Below, piece by piece: positions 1-11,669 of a DNA stretch of 37,095 nucleotides; within the stretch, counting starts at the first letter, position 1; each line of letters begins with the position of its first letter. Source of the stretch: Jimgerdemannia flammicorona (lineage: Eukaryota); the NCBI GenBank assembly GCA_003990765.1, contig RBNJ01000196.1:1-37095 (forward strand). The letters run 5' to 3'. A model generated the notes under the pieces. It had not been told where the DNA came from, did not search any database, and saw only the letters and a program-made list of their open reading frames with translations. Made by a program: the position numbers and the translations under genes.

Positions 1-59
1 TTTTTTTTTATAGTCTCTTGGACTCCTTCCTTTATTAATACATCTGTCTATCCAATAAA

Positions 60-3000
60 TATTATACTGAGCCCACTCCTATCCAATCCCCCTAGGGCAC
101 CCCCCTCCCCCCATACTCTCTCTCTTAAAGATTACTAGGTCATTGATCACCTCTATCCACCCACTACTCTGTTTATAAATTTCTTTTACCAGATGGTAGT
201 GATGCCCACCCTGGGGACCCCATCCAACCCACCACCCTATCAGAAAATCTCCCATCAACCTCTCTCATCTCAACAATCTCTCTTACAAACCCAGCTATTG
301 TTTCTCCTCAAAAACAAAAAGCCAATGCCCAGCCAGCCCTACTCATACAGCTAAGATCCACCCTATAGTGAGCTATTTATTGCTCATACTACCCACCAAT
401 CTAGTTCTCAAATCTTCCCAGTGACCTCTCTCTCCATCTGGTCTCCTCTTCACATCTAGCTGGTCCCCTACTGCTATTCAAAAGTCCACCAGAATCTTAT
501 ACTCTCTCAGCTAATGTTTTGGAGTCTATGCAAATCCCCCAACTTGTCCTATATTGTAGTACTCCTCACATTCCAATAGTCCACCATCCACCAGATGTCT
601 AGCATAGAAATTCAACATGACATTTCTCTGTAGCATCTACCACCAAACTACCCAGAACTTGGAAGGAAGCCATCTTCACACTTCTGCACTCCATGCCCAG
701 ACTCCTGCCCAATCCCACTCCTCACCAATCCTTACTATTTACCAACTTCCAGGTCAAAGGTTCTGACTGAGTCCCCTCTGGCACTCTATTCTCAATATTA
801 AACTCAATAAGCAAAGCTGGTCTCCATAGTATCTCTCCTTCATTGCTATGCCAGTATAAGTCTATATAGTGTACTCCATCTGCTACCCCCCACCAGAAGC
901 CTTTATACCATAGCCTATGGCTGTTACCCAGACCCACTAGGGATAGAAAATCTCCTGAGAATCCTCTTGGAGAGAATCTCATCTCTCATATCTTCTGCAT
1001 CAGCAGCACCCATCTCCCTCCCCTAAGTTCCACAGCTTACTTCAACCACCAAGTTCTCAGGCAGTGCAGCTTCTTAGGAAGATCCACCAGGCCTAGTTTC
1101 CCTCAAACTACAGGCATTGAAAGAGTATCCCAACTGATCTGAGACTGCCTCTCAGCCTAAATTCAATCCCTAGTCAGCTTCATCAGTCTCTTTACCACTT
1201 AAGCAGAAAAGTCCAAGTGATAGACCATATACTATAGCTTAGGGAACTAGTAGATATTCAAAATTGATACCTGGCCAGCCAGGGAGATATAGCAACCTCT
1301 CCAGTCTCTAAGAGCCTCCCCCCAGATGGCCACCCTCCTCTCTTACCATATCTATGATAAGACAGATCTATATACTGAAAGGAAGATGCCCAGATATCTC
1401 ACCACCTCTCCTGCAGAGACAATTGTTCCAATGATATCCCCTCTTACTAGCTCATTTCCCAACACTATTGTCTCACACTTATACCAGTTGAGTTTTGCTC
1501 TAGAGTGTACCTCATACTATTCTACTATCTCCTTAAGTAGCTCAACATCCACCACTGATCCAAGTCCAACCACCATATTATCTATAAAGGCCCCCACCTT
1601 CCACACCATACTATAAATAGAGAGTCCAGCCACCCTCTGCTGAATCCTATCCATCAAAGGTTCTAGTTAAAGGGCATATAGAATAGAAGACAGTAGATCC
1701 CCCTGAGGAACTCTTCTCCCTAAGGGAAGAGCCAGATCTTGGTGCCTATTATACATCAGCACTGCCCTACTGCCCTCCAACAGAGTTAGCATAAAAACTT
1801 GAAATAGTGGGGGAACTCCTATTCTGTCCAGTACCTTGCTTAACCACACTTGCCAGATCTGGTCATAGGCCTTCTTCTGATCCAAAAAGACCAGTCTCTC
1901 ATCCAATCTACTAGTCTGTACTCCTTTAATAATACCATAGACCCAGGCTGTCCCATCTCTGATAAGTTTATCTCTAACAAAACCTTACTGCTTCTCACCC
2001 AATCCTGTTAGGCAACCTTCTGTAATCTTACTATAAACATCTTAGTAACCATCTTTCTGTCTATATACAGAAGCATGATTGGTCTCCAGTTCTTCTAATC
2101 CTCTCTCCTCCTCTTGTCCTTGTATAACAGGGTCACCAGCCCTAGGTCCTGCCCTCTCACCCACTGGCCATTTATAAGAATAATGTCACAGAGGGCTGCC
2201 ATCTCTCCTAACACTCCTGGAACTCTTGCCATCTTCTTCCAAAAGTCCCAAGATAGTCTATCCTCTCCTGGTATCATTTCAAGCTTAGTTACCACAAGAA
2301 CTCCCTCTTGGACTAGTAGGATCAAAACCCCCAGGCTCTCTACTTGCAGTAGCTCCCAATTCTCCAGAGTGTCTTCAATTGCTTCTGTATTGGTACCCCC
2401 TTCTTCCTCACTCTACAGACTCCTCCACCACTCCTTCAGCAACCCCAAGATCTGTTGTATACTATGAACTATTTTCCCCTCTGCATCAAGGACTCTATCC
2501 CATCAATGTCACATTTATTTAGTCTAGAGGAGTCTTGACAAATACCTAGTGGGCCTCTCCTCCTTCTTAAGCCCCTGCTACCTCAACCTAGCTACCATTT
2601 CTCTCATCTGCATCTTCTCCTCCTCTCTTAATACATACCTGTTGCAACTCTACTACCTCCAGCTTAGTTCACACTAATCTCCAATCATTCACCTCTCCAG
2701 AGTTTATCAAATCAGCTCATTCCATCTACAATCTAACCAACCTATTTGATGCACACCTTATTTGTTTTCTCCTCTGCATTCCAGCATCCCTACCAGCTCC
2801 TCTCCAGTAAACCCTCACATCCTCTTTCAACTTCTTCCACTGGACATCCACTGGCAAACCCTCACATATCCAGCAAGTGATCTTCTCCTGAATGTCCTCT
2901 GCCCATAGATCCTACAATATCCTCTCAGCCAGTAGAGAGAAGTTGAGGTACCAATGTCCAGGTCCATCTCTACTTCCCCCAAACTGCTCCTACCCTAACA

Positions 3001-3700
3001 ATCCCCAGTGGTCCAACTATAGGCACCACTCCACCTCCAGAGTCCTCCAAACATCCATGCCCCAGCATTTGGCTATCAGTATTCAGTCAATCCTTATATC
3101 TAGTTCATTCACTCAGTGTGTATAAATCCTCTTTTCTCCCTACTGTATTCTGCCCATATCTCCCAAAGAGCTAAGGTTCTCTACCTCCTCTCATACATCC
3201 AGGCTGCCACTTCTTCCACCAGTACTCCTCTCTCCATCAGTTCTATCTAACTGAAGATCCTGCACTATATTGAAGTCACTCTTCAGAATATCTACTCTAT
3301 TCTTCAAGAATGTGCCCTCCTCTAAGAGACCCTTAATTCATGCAATCTGCTCACCCCTAACTATAGGGCAGTAGTAAGAGCCAACTCTCACTAGTTCTCA
3401 CCTTGATCAATACCATTCCCTCTATACCAAATGGTCACCCCAGCTCCTGATCCCACTCAAATCCCCTTTACTACTCTACACCAAAACTGTCACTTTGCCC
3501 ATCCAAGTAGTAGCTCCTCCCCATTCTCTAGTCCACTCTACCTGATTCACATATTCTTGCAATACACATTCTGCACCAGAAAGAGATCAGCCTCCAATCC
3601 CTTCAGTCAAGTGAAAATATTCTTTTGCTGTCCAGAGCCCCTTAATCTATTCACATTTAGAGAAAAAATGTTAGTTGTACTGTTCTTTGGGAATAATATT
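60..3700 (-). pseudogene. LINE ORF2 (APE endonuclease + reverse transcriptase), disrupted
   Basis: Track ORFs 1667-1906 and 2095-2325 match RT motifs; endonuclease motifs at ~3000-3675; multiple stops and frameshifts. Confidence 0.85.
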
Positions 3701-5550
3701 TAGAAGTACTCCACATCCTCTACAAATCCACATTCATCTCCTCCCTTGTCATGTCCAAGTTATGTTTGATAGCCACTTCCTCCTCCACAGCCATTTTTGC
3801 CTCCAATTCAACCAGAAGTTCAGCCATCTCCCCATCCTCCTTCTCCTGAACTCCTCCTGATACTCCAGGCAGGCCTTCTGTCAGAGCTGCAATCTATGAT
3901 GCTCTACCCAACAGTGTGCAGTCTGCTCACTAGTATCACTCACTAGCTTGGCCTCTCTCTCCTTATCAATCTCATACCCCTCTTCCTCTAGGAAAATTGC
4001 AAGTACCTCTGCCTTCAGTGCCTCCATACTCTATCACTATACAGAATCTGTGTCCAATGTTTCTCACTCATCACCCTCAGGTCAACTTCTCTCAACTTCT
4101 CAGTCACAAAGTTGTTCATCATCTGGCTCATCTACAGTAGGTTTCCTACCTTCTTTTCTTCTGGAGATACTGGCCTTCTTATACTCAGCATCATGATATC
4201 TGCTCCTACACTTGCAGTTTCATCCCACTCCTCCTCCATTACATTTACCAGCTCATCCTCACCAACTGCCACCACCTGACCCCCTTTCACTATATTCAGA
4301 ACTCCAAGTATACCTACTGGGCTCTACACATCAGCATATTCTCTGCTGCCTGGCTCCTCACAGTAGGACCTCATCTGATAAGAGAGAGAGTACCATTCAA
4401 GTCCTGTTCCCAGACTTCAAATGTACCATCCACATAAGAGTCCTTATGCAGTGACTTCTCTGCCCTATTCTGATCCTTCTTGATAATCTCTCTCCCCTTA
4501 CTAGCCCAGACACTCACTTCAGCACCCCCAGACTCCTCAATATCATTTGCATTCTTCTTTGCCCTTCCTTCCAGGCTTGCTAACAACTCTTGCTATCTCT
4601 TATACTCCTGAGCTCTCTCTCACTACCTCTTGTTAGTGCGGAGATTTTTTCATTCACAATCTCCAAATGTATCAACTCTACATATATCTTTCAGGCCTTC
4701 ACCCTCCACTCAACTGCTCTACTCATCTCTTCCAGAGTCTTCAATAGATCCTCCTCCTTCTCCTTGCTCCTCTTTACCCTTGACACTTTACAGATGAATA
4801 CCCTCTACAGTATTACTGAAGACCAGTTGCTTGTCTTCCCAGTGACCTCTTTCTCAGCTAGCTGAATCCTGACATCAACATCTTCAGTCCTGAAAGTAGT
4901 TCCCTCCTACATCTGAAATCCAATATTCACTATATTACTATACTCCACCATCATCTCCTCAACCCTCCTCCTGGTCTCCACTATTGTTACTATAGGTATG
5001 CCCTTCATCAGTAGCTGAACCACTCTGGGGTCCCACCTCAAGCACCATACTATAGGGATCACCATCTCTCCTATAGCTACTCCAGTCTTCAATGCTTCCT
5101 CTAGCAGATCTGTCTCCTCAAAACCCACTTCAATCTCCTCTAATCTCTTCAGAAACTTCACTAAGGCAGCTTCTGCTATCTGCTTTGAGATAATCCCCAG
5201 AACTATCCTTACTGTCACCACCAGGCTCTAGAAGTACAAGGTTGCTGCAAACTCTGAGATTGACTTTTTGAGTAATGGTGCCACCACTAGCCCCATCACA
5301 CCATCTGCCAGATCTTCCTTCCTCTTTGGGCCCATCTGCCCAGCCCTACTATCAATAGTCACATCTGGATTTTTTTCCAGATTTCCAGTCATGCCACTAT
5401 CAGCAGTCCCTCCCCTACTTCTAGCTACTGCTCCACTAGCCCTTTCACCCACTAGCTGAGGTCCAGCATCTCTCACTTCTCCTTCTTTCTGTTTTTCCTT
5501 CTCTCTTACCTACTTGCCATAAGTACTGACAGACCATTCTCCAGTCTTCA
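3700..5550 (-). pseudogene. LINE ORF1-like region, disrupted
   Basis: Lies upstream of ORF2 on the same strand; charged, coiled-coil-like fragments (4907-5221, 4371-4586); a homologous fragment recurs at ~34430-35180. Confidence 0.55.
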
Positions 5551-5699
5551 GCATATCTGTAAAGCTCCTCCCCCTCTACTCTTCTACCCCTCCTCCAGTA
5601 TTGCTACTACTACCAGATCTACCCTACTCACTCAGACTACTAAAAGACCCCATCTCTAGTCCATACTCTCATCTGATATATTGCCAGTCAAAGGTTTTA

Positions 5700-6740
5700 G
5701 GTCCACCTGACCTAGTATGCATATTAGCTTACTTGTTAGTTACTATGACCTTAGTATCTTTCTCCAATAAACAGTTCAAAAGTATGTTTCAAAGTTTATA
5801 TTATATAAATGGTAGTAGAGAAAGATGTCAGCATATATTACTGATACTTATTCTAGGTCTCATTTTGCTTATGTTACTTGGAACTGGTATACTTAATTAC
5901 TAGTATTAATCAATATTATATAGATAATATAGTATAGTATATATATATATTAAAGGAGTATCTTTGTTATTATCTGCTTTCACTAGTAGGGCTTACAATC
6001 TTTTATTATAGAATACTTGGGAAAGATAGGTAAAGAGAAACAGTAATTATTTATTAATACTAGCTTATATACTTTTATATATATTGATGATATTTACAGA
6101 ATAATATAGTTAGGCTATGTCACCACATATTGAGTTATTATTACTAAGATATTTCAATAAGTTTAAACAAGTAGAATAATAAACTTTAAAAGATTAAATT
6201 AGTTCAAAAAATAAGATAACTATTTTGACTTAAAGCTTGAGTTAATGAACTTCTCTTAAAAGTAAAAACATAATTTTAAAACATAAAATTAAAAATTTAT
6301 TAAGAGACTTAGATATTAATAAATATTAAGATAAAACTATATTTAAAACCTACATTAGTTAAAATAAAATTCTTTTATAAATAATATATATATATACTCA
6401 TATTTAAAAATATAACTTAAAAAGTTTATAATTTCTAAAATATAATAGCTTTTTAATATATAGATATATATATATATTAATAATTTAAAAAATTGAGTTG
6501 TATTTTGAATAAAAAAATAATATTTTAGAAAATTATTTAAAAGATGTTTTTATCTACAGATAAATAGATATTAAACTATACTAGAAATTTTAAAATTCCT
6601 TTATTTTCAAGCAAGATAATGTTTAAATTATTGTATGAAAAGATTCTTTGTACAATAGATAATTGTCTTAATCCCTTAAGTTTGCTTCCTTTAAGGAAGA
6701 CAACAAATATACCAGTATATGAAAAAAAAAAAAAAATATA
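5700..6740. other. Very AT-rich spacer, probably terminally eroded repeat DNA
   Basis: Strongly A/T-biased, (TA)n runs, no credible ORF. Confidence 0.6.
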
Positions 6741-6791
6741 GTAGATTTTACAAACAACAAACGTGGATATGTTAGCTGATTGAAGAAGTGG

Positions 6792-7809
6792 TCATGAACA
6801 CGGAGCTGTCAAATAAACATAAAGCTTTTTACATACCCATAATGTCTCGTCCGTTTCCCCCGCAAAGACCATATATTCGTCATCTCCGATGGCTTTGCCA
6901 TCACCATTAAGAAAGTGGTTGGTCTCAACGTGGCGGAGCGTGAAGGCCTGATTGGTTTGCCATTTCTATATAAGAAAGAGTCATATAAGTTTGCAGTTCA
7001 AAGTGTCATTGCAATTTGATTCCATCGTGAAAAAGTGAAAAAGATCATTTCCTGCTCTTCGGTAGTGTGTGGCCTCTCAACCTTCCAATTGTTTTTACTG
7101 TCGGAATCCCCAAAAGCAGTCACCTCCTGCCCTTCCCCGCTGAGGGAAGAGAACTCTTTGTGGGAGTGAAGCATTCCGCTGGTCCACCAGTGTTTGAGCT
7201 GGATGACGTCGTTATAACGGACGGGCTTGCCCAAGAGGTCAGAATCGGAGGTAGTCGGTAGTACGATCCATTTTAAGCGATACGTAGATGGTTTGTTGTC
7301 GGCAAAGACCTGTAAATTTGCTCGTTATTCAGTTATCATTGTTAGGTCACCTCTCGCTCGACTTTTCCAATCTACCTACTACACAATATCAATAGCTCAC
7401 CATGCTCTGCCCGCTCCCCTTACTGTACTTATACATGAAGTTCGTGGTAAGGTATCTCCAAACTTCAAGCGAAGAATATTTGAGATCAATTGTGTCTCCA
7501 TATCGTATGAAAATAGGCTCCCAAACTGCCGTAGTTGTCGACGTGATAGTGGCAGTGGTTGTCGACCCGATGGTGGCAGTGGTTGTCGACGTGATGGTGA
7601 CAGTGGTTATGATGGTGGTTGTCGATGTGCCGGGGTTTGGAATTAGGATGATATTGAATATTTTCGTCGCGAGGAATGCCAGGAGGGCCACGATAATGCT
7701 CATGATCACAAAGGATTTCTCGCTCCTCCCTAACAAAAGGAATACAAGTAAAGAATGAGCGTGTCATAGTAATTCTGTATTAAACAAAGGCGAACTCACC
7801 AGTTAGCAT
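6792..7809 (-). CDS. Spliced MIR-domain (beta-trefoil; SDF2/PMT-loop-like) protein with an N-terminal hydrophobic anchor and Thr-rich stalk
   Basis: Exons 7809-7800 (ATG CTA ACT G|gtgagt), 7729-7401, 7309-~7052 and 6965-~6792 join in frame: MLTGRSEKSFVIMSIIVALLAFLATKIFNIILIPNPGTSTTT...IRYGDTIDLKY...GSGQSMVFAD...GKPVRYNDVIQLKHWWTSGMLHSH...GQEVTAFGDSDSKNNWKVE...KWQTNQAFTLRHVETNHFL. Three MIR-type motifs are present. The intron 3 donor and the 3' end are uncertain (a further donor gtatgt at 6836 is possible). Confidence 0.75.
7530..7630 (-). repeat. Imperfect 24-nt coding tandem repeats (TSTTTATI-like) forming the Thr-rich linker
   Basis: Recurring gtggttgtcgac units on the + strand. Confidence 0.7.
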
Positions 7810-8261
7810 GTTATTCAACCAGGTGTTTTTCGCATCCCTTTTGCGCACTCCTGCAAATTTAACTAACAGTTGCTGGTTAAGTAATAAGAAAAATATATGA
7901 TACTTCGTGGATATAACGTCAACTGACAGAATATCAGAGAAGGGGCGTCCTCTGCTTCGCTGAAACAATCGACTTTACCGTAAACGACTTTCGCAAAACG
8001 CATTTTCGACAGGCGCGGTCACCGAGCACTAAAATGAAATAAGATGCAATCGCTCAAATGTTGTCAATCGAGTAGATAACAAAGTCAGATGACTGCTATG
8101 GCTACGACTCGGTCACTGCACCAAACTTTTAAGGGTCCCACGCTCCAGCACGGGTCCTGGAACACGACCGCCGATCCAAATGTTAAATGGTGGCGCAAAC
8201 ACCATAGCATACGGTGTTTTTTTGGATAGTGTTTTTTGGTGACGTATTGGATGATTTTTAA

Positions 8262-8283
8262 GTCACATGGCCGGCCATGTGAC
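8262..8283. promoter_or_regulatory. Perfect 22-bp palindrome GTCACATGGCCGGCCATGTGAC
   Basis: The palindrome is directly visible ~450 nt upstream of the MIR gene start; the regulatory role is inferred. Confidence 0.35.
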
Positions 8284-8304
8284 AATGTAGGGATCGCGTC
8301 ACGT

Positions 8305-9958
8305 AGCTGCCAACAACTTTTCTTATAGCATCAAACGGATTTACACTACACTTGTAAACAACGGTGCACTACCCTGTCCTTGGTATGGATACAGTTGTTC
8401 GTTACCACGTTAGGGTCCACCAGATTCTGCTGCATCTATCAAATTCCCAATAGTAACATATCCTGTGGGCTTCTTTTTGTTATGTACGTGCTAAACGCCA
8501 ACATAAACATACCATCATCCCTCAAATTCCAGCCTCCGCCCCAAAGGGTGTCCTCACTTATTCGACAAATGGTCACTCCAGTGTTGGCTACACTTTCCAT
8601 AATATAGCCTGCATCCGGAGTCTCAAGGAACACGCCCGAGTGTTTGAACTGAGTAAAGCCCAGAATATCCCGATAAAACACGGAGAAACCCTTCACAACC
8701 GTAGCTCTGGTAGCGGGATCTGCAGCGAAGTTAGTGCGTCAGTTTGGAAAAGTAGTTGAATCAAATGCTGATATTTTAGTAATGATATATTCATACCATT
8801 TTTGTATATGTTTATCCCCCAAATAAAAATTCGAGACACTTTGACTAGAGTCCATTGCCTACGATGAGGGGGTGAAGTTGAATAATACCCCGAATTTTAC
8901 ATCAGGATTTTGGAGCCAAATATATGTGATTGCGCGGCATCGATTGACCGGCATGTCATTTCCTCATTTGGGATAAACATTATGATGGCAGCTAGCCAAT
9001 GGAATAGTGGCAGGTGGCAGCTAGCCAATTAAGCCTTGTCTTGTTATGTATATACTCCGGACTCTGTACAACAAGTGGCGCATGCAGCCCTGTGGTGTAA
9101 CGCGAGAGAGAATCCCAGATCCTGGTAGAAGCCTGTGAAACCATATTGAGCGAGACAATAAATTTCATTTCATTCATACTATAATAAGCTCTACTTCAAC
9201 ACAGTTTTCTCCAAATTCTTTTTTTATACAACCCTTCTTTCTTTCCTTCCTTCCAACTGTGGAGACATACCCCTCAATACCTCTCATTTCTACAACAGTA
9301 CTAGCACGTTATAATGTTGCCCTCATTCGTGACTTTCGTGATCATTCACCCCTTCTGCTTCCAAATGCATGCCAAATAATACGGGTTAAACAATTCATTC
9401 ATTCACCCTGTGTCTTTTCTTCCGTCACCCTGCCTCCAAATCTCCTACTATTTCTCACCATCTCCGTTCATTGTTCTCAACCTCCATTCCAACTTCACCT
9501 AGTCAACCAGAGCTAGTTCATCGACGGTGCTGAACGTCAGAGTCCCTGTCTGGAATCTCGCCGATCCCAGTGTCGAGGTTACGTGAGAAGCCACATAATT
9601 TTACGCAAGCTTCCATTGTAATCCGTCGGTACCTAACGTATGACGTGATAGTCCCAATGGGTACGTTTAATTTATTCTCATTGCAGTATCGGGTGTTCGA
9701 GGCACTTATGGTTCGTTATTTCATTTCATGATTCCTTGACCTTCGCTCTTATTTTTTATTCATTCATCCCTCCCCACCCATAGTGAAATGCTCTAAGCAG
9801 ATAACCTAGATCACCCATCTTGGTTCGCCATACTTTGGTGGCAAGCTGTGGGATTGGGTAGGTTGAAAAATTCGGATTTGTGAATGAAGGTGGGGCTAGG
9901 AATCTGAATGGGCCGAGAGAGGTGGTGCGAATGGAAAAAATTAGTTGTGTAAAAGATG
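8305..9958. repeat. Segmental duplication, copy A (direct repeat of ~11670-13310)
   Basis: Colinear similarity from agctgccaacaacttttcttatagcatcaaac to ttagttgtgtaaaagatg / tcagttgtgttgaagatg, with many small indels. Confidence 0.9.
8346..8855 (-). pseudogene. Disrupted paralog of the PPPDE/LRAT-like gene
   Basis: Starts MDSSQS (Gly2 lost). Exon 1 reaches the intron out of phase. A net 4-nt deletion gives an early TGA at 8439, and a 2-nt deletion hits the GPYNVVTNNC motif (CCCTAACG vs CCCTACAACG). Confidence 0.8.
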
Positions 9959-11669
9959 ACACCCTTAAAGCTGGCAGCCGATGCTAGTTAACGATTCCAA
10001 AATAACTTGTACTTCGGACCATTCCATGAGTAATAAAATATATCAAATGCACATCGTTCCGTAAAGTATCTGTATCCAGTATTAGATATATATCTAAGTG
10101 TGTTCCATATCCATATCATTTTATTCACAGCCAAATCTAGGATCGCTTGTTTGTAGCATTCATAGCTAATCCAATATGCACGTTAATGGAGGCAATGTTC
10201 AGCAGTCAAGCATAATGGAAATCTTGGAAGAGTACCGAGCAGTAAAAAATCTTACAACAAAGATTGAAGTTCTACCGATATATGAAATAGCCACTGCCAT
10301 ATTTATTTGTGAAAGGAAGATCATGATAATATACATTTTCTCACTTCGACCTTGGACCCCCTCGCCTCTTTACTCATCATTCATGATGGGTATTACTTTC
10401 CTTTGGAATAAACACCTCATGGGACTTGTGTGCAAAATTATCAATTAATTCCATTACAATTTTATTTTTCGAAAACGTGGAAAAGACATTTATTGAGAGC
10501 GCGCTACAATGTACCACTCGTATATAATATAATTTATGTGAAATTTCTTTACCACGTCGAATTTACACTCATCCTCCTGGCAGAGGTAGATGTCGTGCCA
10601 ATGAACAGAATCGTCTTCGTCCTGTCAGCAATGATGGTGGCTGGATTCTCTTCGCTGCCAACTTAATAGCTCCATTCCCCGAGTTGGTAAATGGTTGTAG
10701 CACACAATCTCCTTGGTCTCGGACAATACAAACGCTGGGAACTCTGAGTCATGATTTTTTTGACATTACACGCGGCAAAAATGGCATTCACGGAGGAAAC
10801 AATGCTGCGATTCAAGCTACCTGAAGTTCCTCTTTGGGTGAATTCACTGATATGGGTGTGGTTGCGTGCCATAATGTCTGTTCATTCGTACAAACAAGAA
10901 TATATATGTATTAATAAGACGAGATCCATGAAAAAGAAATTAGTATTTTTCATGGCAACCATCTCAAATATCGCCAATGTCAATAGGGCTCCAATTACAG
11001 ATTTTTTTAGGCTCGTTGGTCCTATAAAACCGATGTTACGAAAAAACAATGATGTTTAGAAGAAGAAGAAAAACATTAATGCTACTTACAGGTTTGTCAG
11101 AGTGGGAGGACGTTCCGCATAATTGATGGAAAACTATGCGAGTGCATGACAAATAACGATATATGGGCGCGATAGTCATCAACAATTAGCAATACTTGAA
11201 AGGCGTTCGTAGCCTTCCCACCTGGTCATGACGTGCAACCTACCCAGCGCTCTTTTGGCTGACGCTAGCTAAGCCATTTCATATGTCCTTCGCAGTGATC
11301 AATATAATCCCAGTGTTTGCTGGTCAGATAAAGTTATAGTGAACACTTACAATGACACGTCAGGGAAGGCCCCCCTGAATCTCCCGTAGCCTGCGGGTGG
11401 CTTGTTCGAGAATCGCAGCAAAGTTGTCATGGTCAGGAATTCAACCCAGCAGAGTACGAGGTTCCCGGGAATCGAAATTGGCAAAAGTGTGGGGGAGGGG
11501 TGGTCGCCATGAATCATGCAACATGGTGTAATGTCGTCTGTGCAGTCCTTTCCCAAAATAAAACAGAATGAGCAAAAAAATGTTCTGGCATTAGTAAAGC
11601 GGTCATGTCATGGAAAGCAAGGAGACGAGGACATTAACTTGTAATACTGCAATAACTCCCTACAAAACC

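Larger units (their letters stand above)
1..5550 (-). mobile_element. Decayed near full-length non-LTR retrotransposon (LINE, L1/Tx1-like), ending in a poly(A) tail at the window start
   Basis: T9 at 1-9 is poly(A) on the minus strand. Minus-strand motifs: APE endonuclease (SLNVN.L ~3650, DLFLVQ ~3580, SDFN ~3275, RID ~3090, LDH ~3010) and RT (NWRPIMLL ~2080, LVFLDQKKAYD ~1880, PQGDLLS ~1700). An ORF1-like charged region lies upstream. There are many stops and almost no CpG. The 5' boundary is approximate. Confidence 0.85.

Noticed and set aside
1326..5903. Plus-strand Ser/Leu/Pro-rich ORFs
   Set aside because: Antisense shadows of the purine-rich LINE coding strand
7227..7767. Alternative-frame ORFs (Val-rich, His-rich, Gly/Cys-rich)
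   Set aside because: Shadow frames of the Thr-rich repeat in the MIR gene
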